A stretch of 61,241 nucleotides of DNA from Verrucomicrobiota bacterium (GCA_035437945.1 DAOMZG010000003.1:1-61241); one strand, 5' to 3'. Shown: positions 12,301 to 22,191, counted from the stretch's first letter. Made by a program: numbers and translations. The notes: generated by a model from the sequence alone, not told the origin.

Positions 12301-13100
12301 AGCGACTGCGCTTGCTCGCGAACCAGCTTGCTCGACGAAAGGGCCAGCCCCACCAATTCGTCGAGAAACGCTTTCGCAGAGACTTTACATTTCCTCATCA
12401 TTTCGAGCGCGTAAACGCGCTGCTTGAAATCCGGGTGGTTTAACGAAGCTGTCACTGCGTCTCGATGTCGAACGGCGCTTTGTTCGAGCCCGCGAAGGTT
12501 CACAAATATCGGTTCGAATTCTGGCCCGCTGAATCTCTTCAAGTCCGGTTGAAAGGCTGCGCGGATCAATAGTCCCGGTGGCAGACCGTCGAGTTCGATC
12601 AGTGCTTCGACTAACTCGGCCGAAATGGCTGGACACGCACGACAGCGCCGCGGCCAGGTGTTCACCGAAAGCTGCGTCGCCTCCATCAGCAAAATCTCCA
12701 ACCAATCTAATTTCGCATCGCCAAAAGCGTGAAACTGATGACGAGGCTGTCGTCGCGCGCAGGCCTGGTAGATCACGCCAAGCCGACGGAAGAACTCGGG
12801 GGACTGGCACTGAACTGTTTCGAAGAATTCGGTTCGAGGAGTTCGCGATCCGGTGGTCCGGAAGGACTGCGTGCAGCACAGCGAAAGCTTCTCGGCCGCT
12901 TGCGTGAGGGCCATCAGCTCATAAAGCACTTCGTCACCTTGTCCGTCCGCTGCGAATCGCATGACTCGACCCGCGATATCCGGAGACAAATCGTCCAACG
13001 GCGCGAAGTCCATCGCCAGAAGCTTCAGCGCTTTCTCGTCTAGCCTCACTTTGTTCTCAAACGGCTTTCCTCCGCCCAGTTTCTTCAACCAATCAAGCAT
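9378..13100 (-). CDS. DUF4132 domain protein, paralogue 2 (MolR/YehI-like)
   Basis: The C-terminal half is collinear with paralogue 3, and the last 38 aa are nearly identical. I trimmed the start to ATG 13100 (MLDWLKKLGGGKPF), which overlaps the upstream stop by 8 nt (ATGCTTGA). Confidence 0.75.
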   Translation of the reverse strand: MLDWLKKLGGGKPFENKVRLDEKALKLLAMDFAPLDDLSPDIAGRVMRFAADGQGDEVLYELMALTQAAEKLSLCCTQSFRTTGSRTPRTEFFETVQCQSPEFFRRLGVIYQACARRQPRHQFHAFGDAKLDWLEILLMEATQLSVNTWPRRCRACPAISAELVEALIELDGLPPGLLIRAAFQPDLKRFSGPEFEPIFVNLRGLEQSAVRHRDAVTASLNHPDFKQRVYALEMMRKCKVSAKAFLDELVGLALSSSKLVREQAQSLLADVKQDATPLLERKVAKGTNEERALAVGLLWAWEGEKARTFLQGRLGEEKNKKVLQAIEDALAVAAPPAEPPAKATLDLPPLAPVLTHAPLGSETERAWQECFRRVNAALAKSATGQPTGYRPGGLSPVSAGAIQKAFLAIQREGKTEPVLGGLLHASWMKEVCEPIKEFWQRPELSLVHLVRFLIHVGALQTDRQQDRQILSYGYWLETLLPAFRRTRPDIGLRELGAAFTAAGLDARRIGTGLLQSFQENSAPFGLSPAAIWPYWAENLDLLEQAFLPPTGGYMDRYYQRHARRNAFHALATFPHPPERLVPLLWKIALGGKSERPPAQRCLEALPDKHERLIASVSAGDAETRLAAAEWLGRIGDARATAPLLTALKREKNEVAKGAMMSALELLGAPVEQFLDRKTLLEEAEKGVGKGVPEDLKWFPFAALPAVHWSDNGKPVEPEILKWWLIQGFKLKYPEPGALLRKYCSSLKPAEREILGQFVLEAWMGEDTAPISRAEAENRAMQTAQQHVQWTQTTYWPANNPKKTLEEFYADFLPETLLQPKGSAASSKGVLSVVGACAGAEAAPAVGRYLKQWYGMRAAQCRALLQMLAWVEHKTATQLLLAVGSRFRTKSIQEEANKQAQALAERKGWTVAELADRTIPTAGLDDDGVLTLDFGQRQFAAKLNEDLEFALADADGKPLKSLPDPRKDDEEAKAAEAKKIFSAAKKELKSVVTMQRDRFYEAMCTQRTWPFEDWNLYLNRHPVARHHCQRLVWAVVGDEKISALFRPLPDGSLTDANDDPITLKPEDQIRLAHECQVTPEQSLAWRQHLKDYEVEPLFEQFGRPNFDLGEERKLEDELTDFRGHLLEAFKLRGRANKLGYTRGQAQDGGWFFDYHKRFPTLGMEAVLEFTGNGLPEENRTVALTTFRFERAAPEGEPVIGGAKMSLGEVPPVLLSECWNDLRQIAAEGPGFDPDWEKKTQM

Positions 13101-16100
13101 CGGCTTCCTCCGATCGTTGCGCGCCCGACTTGCCGGAAATTTTCGCGAGGTCTCCCATCGCTTCTGAGAACGCAATGGCCGGCACGCTGCCGAACGTAAC
13201 GAGGCGTTCGTCCTTATCGCCCGACGGTTCATCGTAGGTGTAGCCGCCGATCTGAACGCTGCGATGCTTCACGAACATGACCTGGCCCAACGTGATGTCG
13301 GAATACATGTCAATTCCCACATACATCCCTTCGAGCGCGATGAAGACATCCACACCCGCGGCAGGGAATTGTTTGTAGTAATAGTTGATGCCTCCCGCGT
13401 CCACGACCGACCCGCGAGACCAACCCAAGCGTTCGGCGCGACCTTTGAACGTCATCGCATTGAGTTCCACCTGGTCAAAATCATCGCCACCCTTGATATC
13501 CTCCTGACCGGGTTTGAGCGTGACCACTGGGCGTTCGAGTTGAGCGAATGGCGTTACAACATTGTAGTCCGCCAAATGTTTGAGCCAGGCCTGTCGTTGA
13601 TCCGGCGTCAACTCCAGGGGATGCACGATGCCGACCTGTCCCGTCACCGGCAGGGTGAAAGATTCGTCGTTCGCATCTGTTAGTGAACGATCTTCCAGCG
13701 CGCGAAAAGTGGCAGCGAGCTTGCCGTCCGTTCCGAACGCCCCCCAGACCAACCGCGCCGCGAACGGAAACACCAGTGGATGTTTCAGAAACAATTCCGC
13801 CCAGCGCGGCGCTGCCCAGCGGTGCTGCTGCACCATGAGATTCTCCATCCGGAGCAACTGCGCCTTGGCTGCTTCCTTCAAGCTGGCTGACAGTTCTTTG
13901 ACCTCCGCTTTAACATCATCAGGCGCGCCAGCGGGCAGGGATTTGATGACTTTGCCTTTCACGAGGTCGCGCCAGGCGAGTTTAAAATCCAAGCCGACGG
14001 AGACTTCAACCCGGCTACCGCCAAACTCAAACAGGCGCGCCTTGCCCGGTTCAAAGCCAAGCCACGGCAAAACACGATCGCCGAGTTCCGCGGGCGAAAG
14101 CCCGCGCGCGTCAGCCGCGGCCGCAAAGGCCTGGCTGGCCGCTTTGCCGATATTCTTGAACTTCGTGCGATAGCGGATCGACATCGCGTCAACCGCCAGC
14201 AGCGACGCGTCCGACGCGAGCAAGGCGAGCGCCTGCACGGCGTATTCCGCGAGCTTGCCGCGCGCCGCTTCCGCCCACTCCGCGATTCGTTTCGTGAGAA
14301 TTGGCACGATGCGGTCATCGCCGAGTATTCCCGCAAGGGCCAGAGCCCAGCGGTCCTTGGCATCGAGTGCCGAGCCCAGATAGCCGGTGAGCACCGCCAG
14401 CGCGAACTCTCCGCTCCGTTTGCGATCTATGACCGCGTAGAGCAAAGCCGCTTCGGTGTCGGCGGTGATTTCCTTCTCGCGCGACTGCCGATAAAGCAGA
14501 TAACGCACGGCGTCTCTTTCCAACGTCTTGCCATCGACGAAATAAATCGCTGGCAACGCCGACTCCTTGATCCACGCCGCCGGCGCGTCTTTAATTTTCG
14601 GCGCTGCACTGGCGATGGCGGCCTCGACTTGCTTTTGGTCAACCATACTGGCCTTCTGAATGCGAACGTGCCCGGCTGGTGAATTGGCTTCAGCAGGCTG
14701 TAATTTTCCGACTCCTTTGACGAGCGCCTTCTGGATCAGGTCGCGCACGTCTGGGGCTGATTCCCTAATCAAATGATCGCGCAACGTTCGTTGCGCGTCC
14801 TCACTCGCGACCGCCATGAGCAGCGTGACCGCAGCTTTGCGGGTGTCGGCCTTGCGAGCTGCCAGAAGTTCGATGGCCTTGGGCACGGCTTCGTCGCCGA
14901 GCTTGCTCAAGGCTTGCGCGGCTGCCTCGCGGACGGGCTTGGAATTGTGTTCCATCAACGGCCACAGACGCGGCGCAATCCGTTTCACATTCCAGGAAGC
15001 AGACAGTGGGATGAATCGTAGCAACAGCTTCGGCGCATCGGCTGAAAGTTCTTTGAGCAGCAGCTCTTCGAGAGCGCTGTCCTCTGCCGGATCATTGAAC
15101 CCGATCCGCAACTCAAGCGCGCCGTGACGCAGCTCGGGCAAATCCTTTTGCATCGCCGCTTCCAACGCCGGCTTGAGTTTGCGACCGAGTAGCTTCGCCG
15201 CGGCCCGGAGCACTTCAATTTTCCAGTCCTGAATGTACGGATTTTTGAGATTCCACTTGGCGATGTAGTCCGTGATGGCCGGGATTGCCTCCTCACCTTG
15301 TTGTTCGATGAGCCAGCGCGCGGCCGCCGCCTGCTCTTCTCCGCCGAGGGCAGCGCCGATGCTGCTGGCGGCCTTGACCGTCTGCTTCCGATACTTGCCG
15401 GGAAAATGCTTTTCGAGGCCCTTGGCCAGTAAACTCTTTTCCTCTTCGTCACGCATCAGCTCGAAAGCGGCAGCAACCCGCGATTCGAAGCGGGCCGCAT
15501 CACATTTCAACGCCGCAAGCCAGCCGCCTCGCGGGAGTCCGTCCACCTGTTTCTTGGCGATCAATTCGTCCATCAGCCCCGCGAGATTCTCCGGAAACTC
15601 CGCCGCAAAAGCCGGCATGAAGACGGTGTCAGTGCAGTGGTAACGCAGCGCCGGCAGCACTTTCATGAGTTTGTCCACGGGTTGCGATGCCAGATAACGG
15701 CCGGCGGAAGTAAGACGCTCGTTCACGGCTCGCGGTTCGACATGCCGGGCCACGAGCAGCAACCATCGCGATTCCGGAATGCCCAAGGACATGACTTTTG
15801 TTCGAAGCGCGCCGCAGAAATCCTCGTTGGGCTTTTCGACCTCCAAATGCCGTCTAAGGCAATGAGCCAGCGGCCAATCACTGCACTGGCCGATGTGCTC
15901 ACGCTTGTCCACGCCGTTCAGCAAGGCCGAGCGGCGAATGAAGAACTCAATCAGGCGAAGATCGGCATCTCCCCATTTGTCCGGTCGGGGGACGGCCTTG
16001 GCCACCCAACACAGAGTATTCATTTCCGTTTCACTGAGCTTGAGAAGTTTGGGCAGCAACTTCGCGTCCTCCGCGCTGAGGTACCTGTGAACGTCGCCAA

Positions 16101-16170
16101 GGAAACTCTGTCCCAGCCGCTTGCCGGTGGGTTTCAAGAGCTTTTCCATTGCGTTGGTCAGATGTTCCAT
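13093..16170 (-). CDS. DUF4132 domain protein with HEAT-like repeats, paralogue 1; first gene of the operon
   Basis: 1025-aa ORF. It has repetitive helical segments (..VREAAAQALSKLGDEAVPKAIELL..) and a C-terminal DUF4132-like block (FRALEDRSLTDANDESF...VGIVHPLELTPDQRQAWLKHLADYNVVTPFAQLERP). Confidence 0.75.
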   Translation of the reverse strand: MEHLTNAMEKLLKPTGKRLGQSFLGDVHRYLSAEDAKLLPKLLKLSETEMNTLCWVAKAVPRPDKWGDADLRLIEFFIRRSALLNGVDKREHIGQCSDWPLAHCLRRHLEVEKPNEDFCGALRTKVMSLGIPESRWLLLVARHVEPRAVNERLTSAGRYLASQPVDKLMKVLPALRYHCTDTVFMPAFAAEFPENLAGLMDELIAKKQVDGLPRGGWLAALKCDAARFESRVAAAFELMRDEEEKSLLAKGLEKHFPGKYRKQTVKAASSIGAALGGEEQAAAARWLIEQQGEEAIPAITDYIAKWNLKNPYIQDWKIEVLRAAAKLLGRKLKPALEAAMQKDLPELRHGALELRIGFNDPAEDSALEELLLKELSADAPKLLLRFIPLSASWNVKRIAPRLWPLMEHNSKPVREAAAQALSKLGDEAVPKAIELLAARKADTRKAAVTLLMAVASEDAQRTLRDHLIRESAPDVRDLIQKALVKGVGKLQPAEANSPAGHVRIQKASMVDQKQVEAAIASAAPKIKDAPAAWIKESALPAIYFVDGKTLERDAVRYLLYRQSREKEITADTEAALLYAVIDRKRSGEFALAVLTGYLGSALDAKDRWALALAGILGDDRIVPILTKRIAEWAEAARGKLAEYAVQALALLASDASLLAVDAMSIRYRTKFKNIGKAASQAFAAAADARGLSPAELGDRVLPWLGFEPGKARLFEFGGSRVEVSVGLDFKLAWRDLVKGKVIKSLPAGAPDDVKAEVKELSASLKEAAKAQLLRMENLMVQQHRWAAPRWAELFLKHPLVFPFAARLVWGAFGTDGKLAATFRALEDRSLTDANDESFTLPVTGQVGIVHPLELTPDQRQAWLKHLADYNVVTPFAQLERPVVTLKPGQEDIKGGDDFDQVELNAMTFKGRAERLGWSRGSVVDAGGINYYYKQFPAAGVDVFIALEGMYVGIDMYSDITLGQVMFVKHRSVQIGGYTYDEPSGDKDERLVTFGSVPAIAFSEAMGDLAKISGKSGAQRSEEADA

Positions 16171-16462
16171 ACGAATGATTTCCTCAATTGCGCGTTAGCG
16201 ATTCGATAGGATCGAAACAGACCCGAAGTGTTCGTTGATGACGATTTTGGGTGACCCCGTCGTTCGTGTAAACGCTCAAGCCCTTTGGGAACACACGACA
16301 GCGATTACTGCGTCGGCAACAGTCCGTTGAGGGCCGGGCAGCTGCGAAAGGGTGTGCGGTGGTGCCCCATCGTTTCCGCCAACGATCTGGGGTTTCGTGA
16401 TAAAGTCGGATCGTTAAAGCTGGTTGAAGTAGTTCCCGACTCTTTTCTGAAGGCAGGGGAGC

Positions 16463-18043
16463 GTGTTCTTTTTCATTGGTGCAATCGCACTCGTAGGCAT
16501 TGCCCTGGGCTGGGGCGCTGCTCGATTCCGTGTTCGGCGGGATCGGATGCCCATTGTCTCGACTCCGATTCGCGGGCGCTCGCTTCGTGATTCCCGTCAA
16601 GTTCTTGAAGCGCTTTCGTCCCAGTCTTCCGAAGGGTTCTTGCAACTCGGGCGGTGCAAGCTTCCAGCCCGTGTCGCCACGGGACATTTTGCGTTCATCG
16701 GCACGACGGGGAGCGGTAAAACGATGATGCAGCGCCTTCTCATGCAGTCGGTGCTGCCCCAGATCGGTCGAGGCAAAGGAGTGCGGGCGCTGGTGTATGA
16801 CGCCAAGCAAGACGTGCTTTCGATTTTGGCGGGCATGCGCCTGCGGTGCCCGGTCCATCTCGTTCATCCGCTCGATTCTCGCGCCTCCGCCTGGAACATG
16901 GCGGCGGACATCACCGGGCCCGCCTCGGCGCTTCAAGTGGCCACAACCCTGATTCCACGATCCGATCGTGACACCAATCCCTTTTTCACGAACGCCGCGC
17001 GACACCTTCTTTACGCCGCGATTCTCTGTTGCATCCAGCGCGCGCCAAACCGTTGGAGCTTTCGTCAAATTCTTCTGATTCTTCGTGACGCCCAGCTTCT
17101 CAAACGCTTGCTCGATGGCTCCGACGATACCCGCCATCTCACTCAATACTGCGCGCACGAGGGCACGTTTCAGAACATTCTTTCCACGTTGCTCACCGTC
17201 GTTGCTCCCTACGAGATCATCGCCGCCGCGTGGGATCGCGCGACCAAGCTGGTCAGTCTCCGCGAATGGACTCGGGATGAATCGATTTTGGTTCTGGGCA
17301 ACGACGAGGCCAACCGCGCCGCCGTGGACACCATGAACCGGCTCATTTTGCAACGCCTCAGCGAATTGCTTCTGGCGCAGACGGAAGTAACTCCGGCGGA
17401 CCCGCGGCAGACCTGGCTGTTTCTTGATGAAGTTCGCGAGGCCGGCCGCGTTGAAGGATTACCGCGGTTGCTCACGAAGGGCCGCAGCAAAGGCGTCGCG
17501 GTTTCGTTGGGGCTGCAGGATGTCGCCGGCCTCCACAGCGTTTACGGCAATGACATCGCCGAAGAGATTCTGGGGCAATGTAACTCCAAGGTGATTCTCC
17601 GGCTCAACAGCCCCGGCACTGCCAAGTGGGCTTCGCAACTATTCGGAACGCGCGAAGTTCTGGAAAAATCGCGGAGCCAAAATCGTAGCCGCTCTTCGCG
17701 GAACTTCGGACTCGATTCGTCGGCGAGCAGCGGGGAAGGCGTTTCCAGTGGCATTAGCAAACGTGACGTGGTGTTGGAATCCGAGTTCCTCGATCTCCCG
17801 GAACCAACTACAGAAGTTGGCCTTGATGCGTACTTCCTAACTCCGGTGACGGGCGGCTTTCGCGATCATCTGCCGGGGGAGTGGTTGAAGTCCCATTTGA
17901 TCCCACCCAATCGCAGTATCGCCGACTCCATGCCGCGTTCCGAGTCGGACCAATACCTTCGGCCCTGGGCTGATGAAGATGCCGAACTCTTGGGACTGAA
18001 CGACGCTTCCGGCCAACCCAACCTACGCATCGTTCGAGGATAA
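16463..18043 (+). CDS. type IV secretion coupling protein (VirD4/TraG/TraD family)
   Basis: N-terminal TM helix (FFFIGAIALVGIALGWGAA), Walker A GTTGSGKT and Walker B-like WLFLDEV. It lies immediately upstream of the relaxase gene. Confidence 0.85.
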   Translation: MFFFIGAIALVGIALGWGAARFRVRRDRMPIVSTPIRGRSLRDSRQVLEALSSQSSEGFLQLGRCKLPARVATGHFAFIGTTGSGKTMMQRLLMQSVLPQIGRGKGVRALVYDAKQDVLSILAGMRLRCPVHLVHPLDSRASAWNMAADITGPASALQVATTLIPRSDRDTNPFFTNAARHLLYAAILCCIQRAPNRWSFRQILLILRDAQLLKRLLDGSDDTRHLTQYCAHEGTFQNILSTLLTVVAPYEIIAAAWDRATKLVSLREWTRDESILVLGNDEANRAAVDTMNRLILQRLSELLLAQTEVTPADPRQTWLFLDEVREAGRVEGLPRLLTKGRSKGVAVSLGLQDVAGLHSVYGNDIAEEILGQCNSKVILRLNSPGTAKWASQLFGTREVLEKSRSQNRSRSSRNFGLDSSASSGEGVSSGISKRDVVLESEFLDLPEPTTEVGLDAYFLTPVTGGFRDHLPGEWLKSHLIPPNRSIADSMPRSESDQYLRPWADEDAELLGLNDASGQPNLRIVRG

Positions 18044-18132
18044 CCGTGCCAAGAATCTTCGAGCGGAGGTCTTGTGTAATTCGGTCCACACACCACGCAT
18101 TAAACTGCGTTTGGCATTCAGAAGGGGCGTAG

Positions 18133-20550
18133 GTGCTGTCGATCTCCAAGCCAATCCGAGGATACGATCAAGGGGAGTATTACCTGCGCCTCGCCGCGAG
18201 AGACGATTATTACCTCGAAGGAAAGGAACCTCCGGGATTTTGGTTAGGAGAGGGGACGCGGGCTTTCCAACTGTCCGGAACCATCGACCCCGAAGTGTTC
18301 CGAAATCTATTCCGCGGCCTCAGTCCCGATGGCAACCGCGCCCTGGTCCACAACGCGAGTTCACCCAAACGGCGCTCCGGGTGGGATCTCACCTGGTCAG
18401 TGCCGAAGTCGGTGAGCACCGCCTGGAGTCAGGCGACCTTTGGCATTCGACAGAAGATCGAACAGGCGGTGAATGCCGCCGTGAAAGAGGGTGTAGGTTA
18501 TCTCGAATCGGTCGGCGTCGTCACCCGCCGCGGCGAAGACGGAATCATTCGCGAGCGCGCGAAGCTCATCTTCGCGGCGTTCCCTCACTCCACCAGCCGG
18601 GCGCTCGACCCGCAGTTGCATGTCCATACCCTCCTTTTGAACGTCGCGATCCGACCCGACAGCTCAACGGGCACGATTGATCCCAAGGAACTCTTCCGTC
18701 ATCAACACGCGGCGGATGCCATTTTCAAAACGGAGCTAGCGGCCCAGTTGGAACAGGTTCTCGGACTCCGCGCGGTGAAGGCGGATCGCGGTTTTGAAAT
18801 CGACGGCGTTGACCCCAAACTTTCCGCCGAATTCTCGAAACGGCGGCATGAGATTGAATCCGTGATGGCGGCGCGCGGATGGGAAGGCGCCAAAGCCGCG
18901 GAAGCCGTCGCTTTTGAAACTCGCTCGACGAAAGTTCAAATTGACCGCGAGCAATTGTTTTCGAAATGGCAGACGGTTGGGCGCGCTCTGGGCTGGAGCA
19001 CTGAGGAACTGAAGAAACTGCTTCAGGTATCTCACCGGCCACGGGATGTTACCCGCGAACGGACCGACACAGCGCAAATCGCCTTGCACAAGGCGACCGA
19101 ATTCGACAGCCACTTCGCCAGGCGTGATCTCGTGCGAGCGCTCGCCGAAGAAGCTCAAGGAAGAGGCATCGGAGCGCGAGGTGTTTATCAACTTCGTGAT
19201 CAACTTTTCCAAGCCGGACAGATCGTGCCGGTTGGTTATCGGAATCACGAAACCCGTTATTCCACGCCCGAGATGCTCGAAATCGAGCGGAAGTTTTTGC
19301 AGGCCGCCAAGACTCTACACGAACAAGAGCGGGCTCAGGCGCATACCCCGCACGACGAAATTTTCGCGCGCTATCCGACACTCTCCGGCGAACAACGCGA
19401 AGTTGTCCGTTGGGTGACCGAATCGATGGGCGGACTTCAGTTGGTTTCGGGCATGGCGGGAACTGGAAAGACGTACGCGTTCCGAGTGGCCAAAGAAATT
19501 TGGGAAGCTCAAGGACTGTCGGTCCAAGGTACCAGTCTCAGTGGCAAAGCCGCCTCCGGCTTGCAACAGGGGAGCGAGGTCCCGAGCATGACCATGCACC
19601 GGCTGCTTTGGGGACTCAAACATGGAGCCATCCCGCTCGGCCCCACGTCGGTTGTGCTCGTTGATGAAGCTGCGATGGTCGGCACCCGGCAGCTTTTGGA
19701 ACTAACGGCGCGTTGCCAACAGGCCGGAGCCAAGCTGGTCTTGGCGGGGGATTCGGGACAACTCCAATCCGTCGAAGCTGGCGGAGGCTTTGCGGCTCTT
19801 GTTCGAGAATTTGGAGCGACCACGTTGACGGAGATTCAGCGTCAACGCGAGCCGTGGGCGCGCGAGGCGGTGAGAGACTTCGCGACTGGGCGGTCAGCCC
19901 AAGCATTGGGGGCGTATACGGACCATGGATTGTTGCATCCCCACGACACTGGGGAATTAGCGGAGCTGGCGTTAGTCGGCTCTTGGACCAGTCGATTTGC
20001 CGATCCCCCGGCGAATCTGGTGCTCTCTGGAACCAACGCCGAAGTGCAGCGACTCAATGCTTTCATTCAACGCCAACGCCAAGACTCCGGAAATCTTGTC
20101 GGCGAACCCACCCCACTGGGAGACGAGCGCGTTTACGTGAATGATCGTGTGCTGTTTACCAAGAACAGCCAGGCGATCGGCGTTTTCAACGGCGATCTTG
20201 GAACCGTCGTAAAGAAGGAAGGCTCAACGATTGCGGTCCGGCTCGATCAGGGCCGGTCCGTCACCGTCAACACCTCCGAGTACAAGCACCTGCGCTTGGG
20301 TTACGCGCTTACGACCCACAAGGCACAAGGTGTTACTACGGAACAAGCGTTTGTCCTCGCGGGTCGTATGCAGAACCAGGAGATGACCTACGTTCAGGCG
20401 TCCCGGGCGCGCGGTGACACGCTCATTTTCCTCGGTACTGAAAACCTCGACTGGATGGCCGAGCGCATGGCGACGAGCCAACCCAAAGAATTGGCGACCA
20501 CGCTCCTCAATGAGCACGGTCCCAAGCTGGAGCTCGAGTTGGTTCGGTAA
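18133..20550 (+). CDS. MobF-family conjugative relaxase fused to a RecD-like helicase (TrwC/TraA type)
   Basis: It has an N-terminal tyrosine pair region (GEYYLRLAARDDYY) and a His-triad motif HSTSRALDPQLHVHTLLLN like TrwC. The C-terminal half has the P-loop GMAGTGKT, Walker B VLVDEAAMV and the terminal TTHKAQGVT motif. The start codon is GTG. Confidence 0.9.
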   Translation: MLSISKPIRGYDQGEYYLRLAARDDYYLEGKEPPGFWLGEGTRAFQLSGTIDPEVFRNLFRGLSPDGNRALVHNASSPKRRSGWDLTWSVPKSVSTAWSQATFGIRQKIEQAVNAAVKEGVGYLESVGVVTRRGEDGIIRERAKLIFAAFPHSTSRALDPQLHVHTLLLNVAIRPDSSTGTIDPKELFRHQHAADAIFKTELAAQLEQVLGLRAVKADRGFEIDGVDPKLSAEFSKRRHEIESVMAARGWEGAKAAEAVAFETRSTKVQIDREQLFSKWQTVGRALGWSTEELKKLLQVSHRPRDVTRERTDTAQIALHKATEFDSHFARRDLVRALAEEAQGRGIGARGVYQLRDQLFQAGQIVPVGYRNHETRYSTPEMLEIERKFLQAAKTLHEQERAQAHTPHDEIFARYPTLSGEQREVVRWVTESMGGLQLVSGMAGTGKTYAFRVAKEIWEAQGLSVQGTSLSGKAASGLQQGSEVPSMTMHRLLWGLKHGAIPLGPTSVVLVDEAAMVGTRQLLELTARCQQAGAKLVLAGDSGQLQSVEAGGGFAALVREFGATTLTEIQRQREPWAREAVRDFATGRSAQALGAYTDHGLLHPHDTGELAELALVGSWTSRFADPPANLVLSGTNAEVQRLNAFIQRQRQDSGNLVGEPTPLGDERVYVNDRVLFTKNSQAIGVFNGDLGTVVKKEGSTIAVRLDQGRSVTVNTSEYKHLRLGYALTTHKAQGVTTEQAFVLAGRMQNQEMTYVQASRARGDTLIFLGTENLDWMAERMATSQPKELATTLLNEHGPKLELELVR

Positions 20551-20559
20551 ACGACCCGT

Positions 20560-20805
20560 TTACTTTGAACTGGCGAAGTATGACGAGACGCACGCGAGGG
20601 TGGCGCGCGGAACCCGGATGATTTTCTCCTCGGCCCCGCACCCTGAACCGTGGGGCAAGTGCGGCCTGGCCGTGGCGGTGATATCGGCGCCAATAACGGC
20701 GAAGTCGCCCGACTCCATTTCCAAGACATCGGGACAATTGTGGCCCCCTGAGCAAAGGAGCGGGGAGGCGGCAGAAGCGGAGTAAACGAGGCTACGAAGA
20801 AACAT
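20560..20805 (-). CDS. small Cys-containing hypothetical protein, divergent from the XRE regulator (possibly DUF397-like)
   Basis: I trimmed the 156-aa ORF to the internal ATG 20805 (MFLRSLVYSASAASPLLCSGGHNCPDVLEMESGDFAVIGADIT...). The SGGxNCP segment is reminiscent of DUF397 partners of XRE regulators. This is a weak call. Confidence 0.35.
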   Translation of the reverse strand: MFLRSLVYSASAASPLLCSGGHNCPDVLEMESGDFAVIGADITATARPHLPHGSGCGAEEKIIRVPRATLACVSSYFASSK

Positions 20806-20810
20806 GACGC

Positions 20811-20820
20811 GATAATTATC
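20811..20820. promoter_or_regulatory. perfect 10-bp palindrome GATAATTATC in the divergent promoter region (candidate XRE operator)
   Basis: Seen directly in the AT-rich 64-bp spacer between the divergent genes 20805(-) and 20870(+). Confidence 0.3.
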
Positions 20821-20869
20821 AGTATGTTGATATGTGCCGTCAAGCTTTGAATCGCGTAGCGAATGACTC

Positions 20870-21142
20870 GTGCCTGTTCGGGACCAACGGTCTGTTGTCT
20901 GTCGTGAAGTGGTTCGGCTGCTCGCCGCCGAGCGCCAGCGACAGGGAGTCTCCATGAACAGCCTTGCGGCGAAATCCGGGCTGAGCCAGTCGTTCATCAG
21001 CATGTTCGAGTCGCAACCGGCTAATCCCACCCTCGATACCTTGCTTCGGATTTCCGAAGCTCTGGGCCTTGATGCCGGTGAGATCCTACGGGCAGCAATT
21101 CAAAACACGAGGCGCGAAGCCCGATCGTCGCGCGCAAAATAG
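20870..21142 (+). CDS. XRE-family helix-turn-helix transcriptional regulator
   Basis: HTH_3-like core: QGVSMNSLAAKSGLSQSFISMFESQPANPTLDTLLRISEALGL. The start codon is GTG. Confidence 0.8.
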   Translation: MPVRDQRSVVCREVVRLLAAERQRQGVSMNSLAAKSGLSQSFISMFESQPANPTLDTLLRISEALGLDAGEILRAAIQNTRREARSSRAK

Positions 21143-21317
21143 CCGACTGACCGGCTGTCTGCCCGACGAACTGTTCAACAGGCGATTGTCTAAATCCAGC
21201 GCCGCTGGGGCAGCGCAGTCATTCCGCCGACAGGTAACGAAGTGTGACGACCGACTGCACGAAACCGCATGATCACAACCGAAGCATGGAGGCGAATGGC
21301 CCAATCGCGTTGCCTCA

Positions 21318-21641
21318 TTGAAAGCGTCAGATACGCTCGTCGGGATGTACTACGTCGCAATGGGGCCGTTGCATGGCAAGGTTAGTGTCCACATGTCCTC
21401 GAAATCGGTCGGCATTGCTCGATCCCGGCTCCGATCCGGCTCCGGCGAAAGCAGGCAATGGGAGTACTCGCTGCTCCTCGCCAACGGAGAACGGACCTCG
21501 TTCTTTCCCGATCGGGAATTTCGGAAGGCTCAACGCGAACAGGCAGTCGCCTACTTGACCCAGAGGACCCTGGCCAAATCCCGCGGTCGGAAACCGATCC
21601 ATGCCAATAGACGGGCGCCACTGTGTCCACCTACCGCGTGA
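21318..21641 (+). CDS. hypothetical protein (weak call)
   Basis: This is the only sizeable ORF with protein-like composition in a 600-bp gap. I recognise no motif. Confidence 0.25.
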   Translation: MKASDTLVGMYYVAMGPLHGKVSVHMSSKSVGIARSRLRSGSGESRQWEYSLLLANGERTSFFPDREFRKAQREQAVAYLTQRTLAKSRGRKPIHANRRAPLCPPTA

Positions 21642-21753
21642 TGGCTGTTAATCGACGCCATCGTGACATCGGTCTGCGGATTGGTGAAATCGTGCTGGCT
21701 TGTCCTAATCCTTCGTTTGAGTTGCACTGAATACAGTTGATGAAGGTGTCTTT

Positions 21754-22191
21754 ATGAGTGCGTCAGCCGTGGTCAGTATCCGACTTCCCCAAGACGAGGT
21801 GAGTCGGCTTGGGCTCCTGGCCAAGCGCCTGGGTCGAACGGCCAGCGAGGTCGGCGCCCAACTACTGGGCGAGAGTCTGCGCCAAGCCGAATTTACGTTC
21901 ATCGAGTTCCGCGACTCCGCGGTCGGACGTCAGCCTTACATTCAAGGCTCTCGCCTTGCTGTTTGGCAGGTCATCAGCCTCTTGCGCGACTACGCGGATG
22001 ACGTCGCCAAAACGGCGGCGCATCTCCGGTGGCCTGAGGCCAAGGTTCACGCCGCTCGCGCTTACGCCCAGGCGTATCCGGATGAAATTCAAGAGGCGAT
22101 CCGCGACAACGAAGCCGTCGATTTCGAGCGGCTCTCGCGCCTCCTTCCGGGGATGCAGACGCTGGAGCCAACACCAAGAAAACCCCCGTGA
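21754..22191 (+). CDS. ribbon-helix-helix + DUF433 domain protein (antitoxin-like)
   Basis: The N-terminus is CopG-like (VVSIRLPQDEVSRLGLLAKRLGRTASEV). It is followed by a DUF433-like block (GRQPYIQGSRLAVWQVISLL...VHAARAYAQAYPDEI). Confidence 0.7.
   Translation: MSASAVVSIRLPQDEVSRLGLLAKRLGRTASEVGAQLLGESLRQAEFTFIEFRDSAVGRQPYIQGSRLAVWQVISLLRDYADDVAKTAAHLRWPEAKVHAARAYAQAYPDEIQEAIRDNEAVDFERLSRLLPGMQTLEPTPRKPP

Noticed and set aside
16184-17353. 389-aa minus-strand ORF
   Set aside because: It is antisense to the T4CP gene, which has clear Walker motifs. Its composition is R/G/P-rich with no motifs, as expected for a GC-rich shadow frame.
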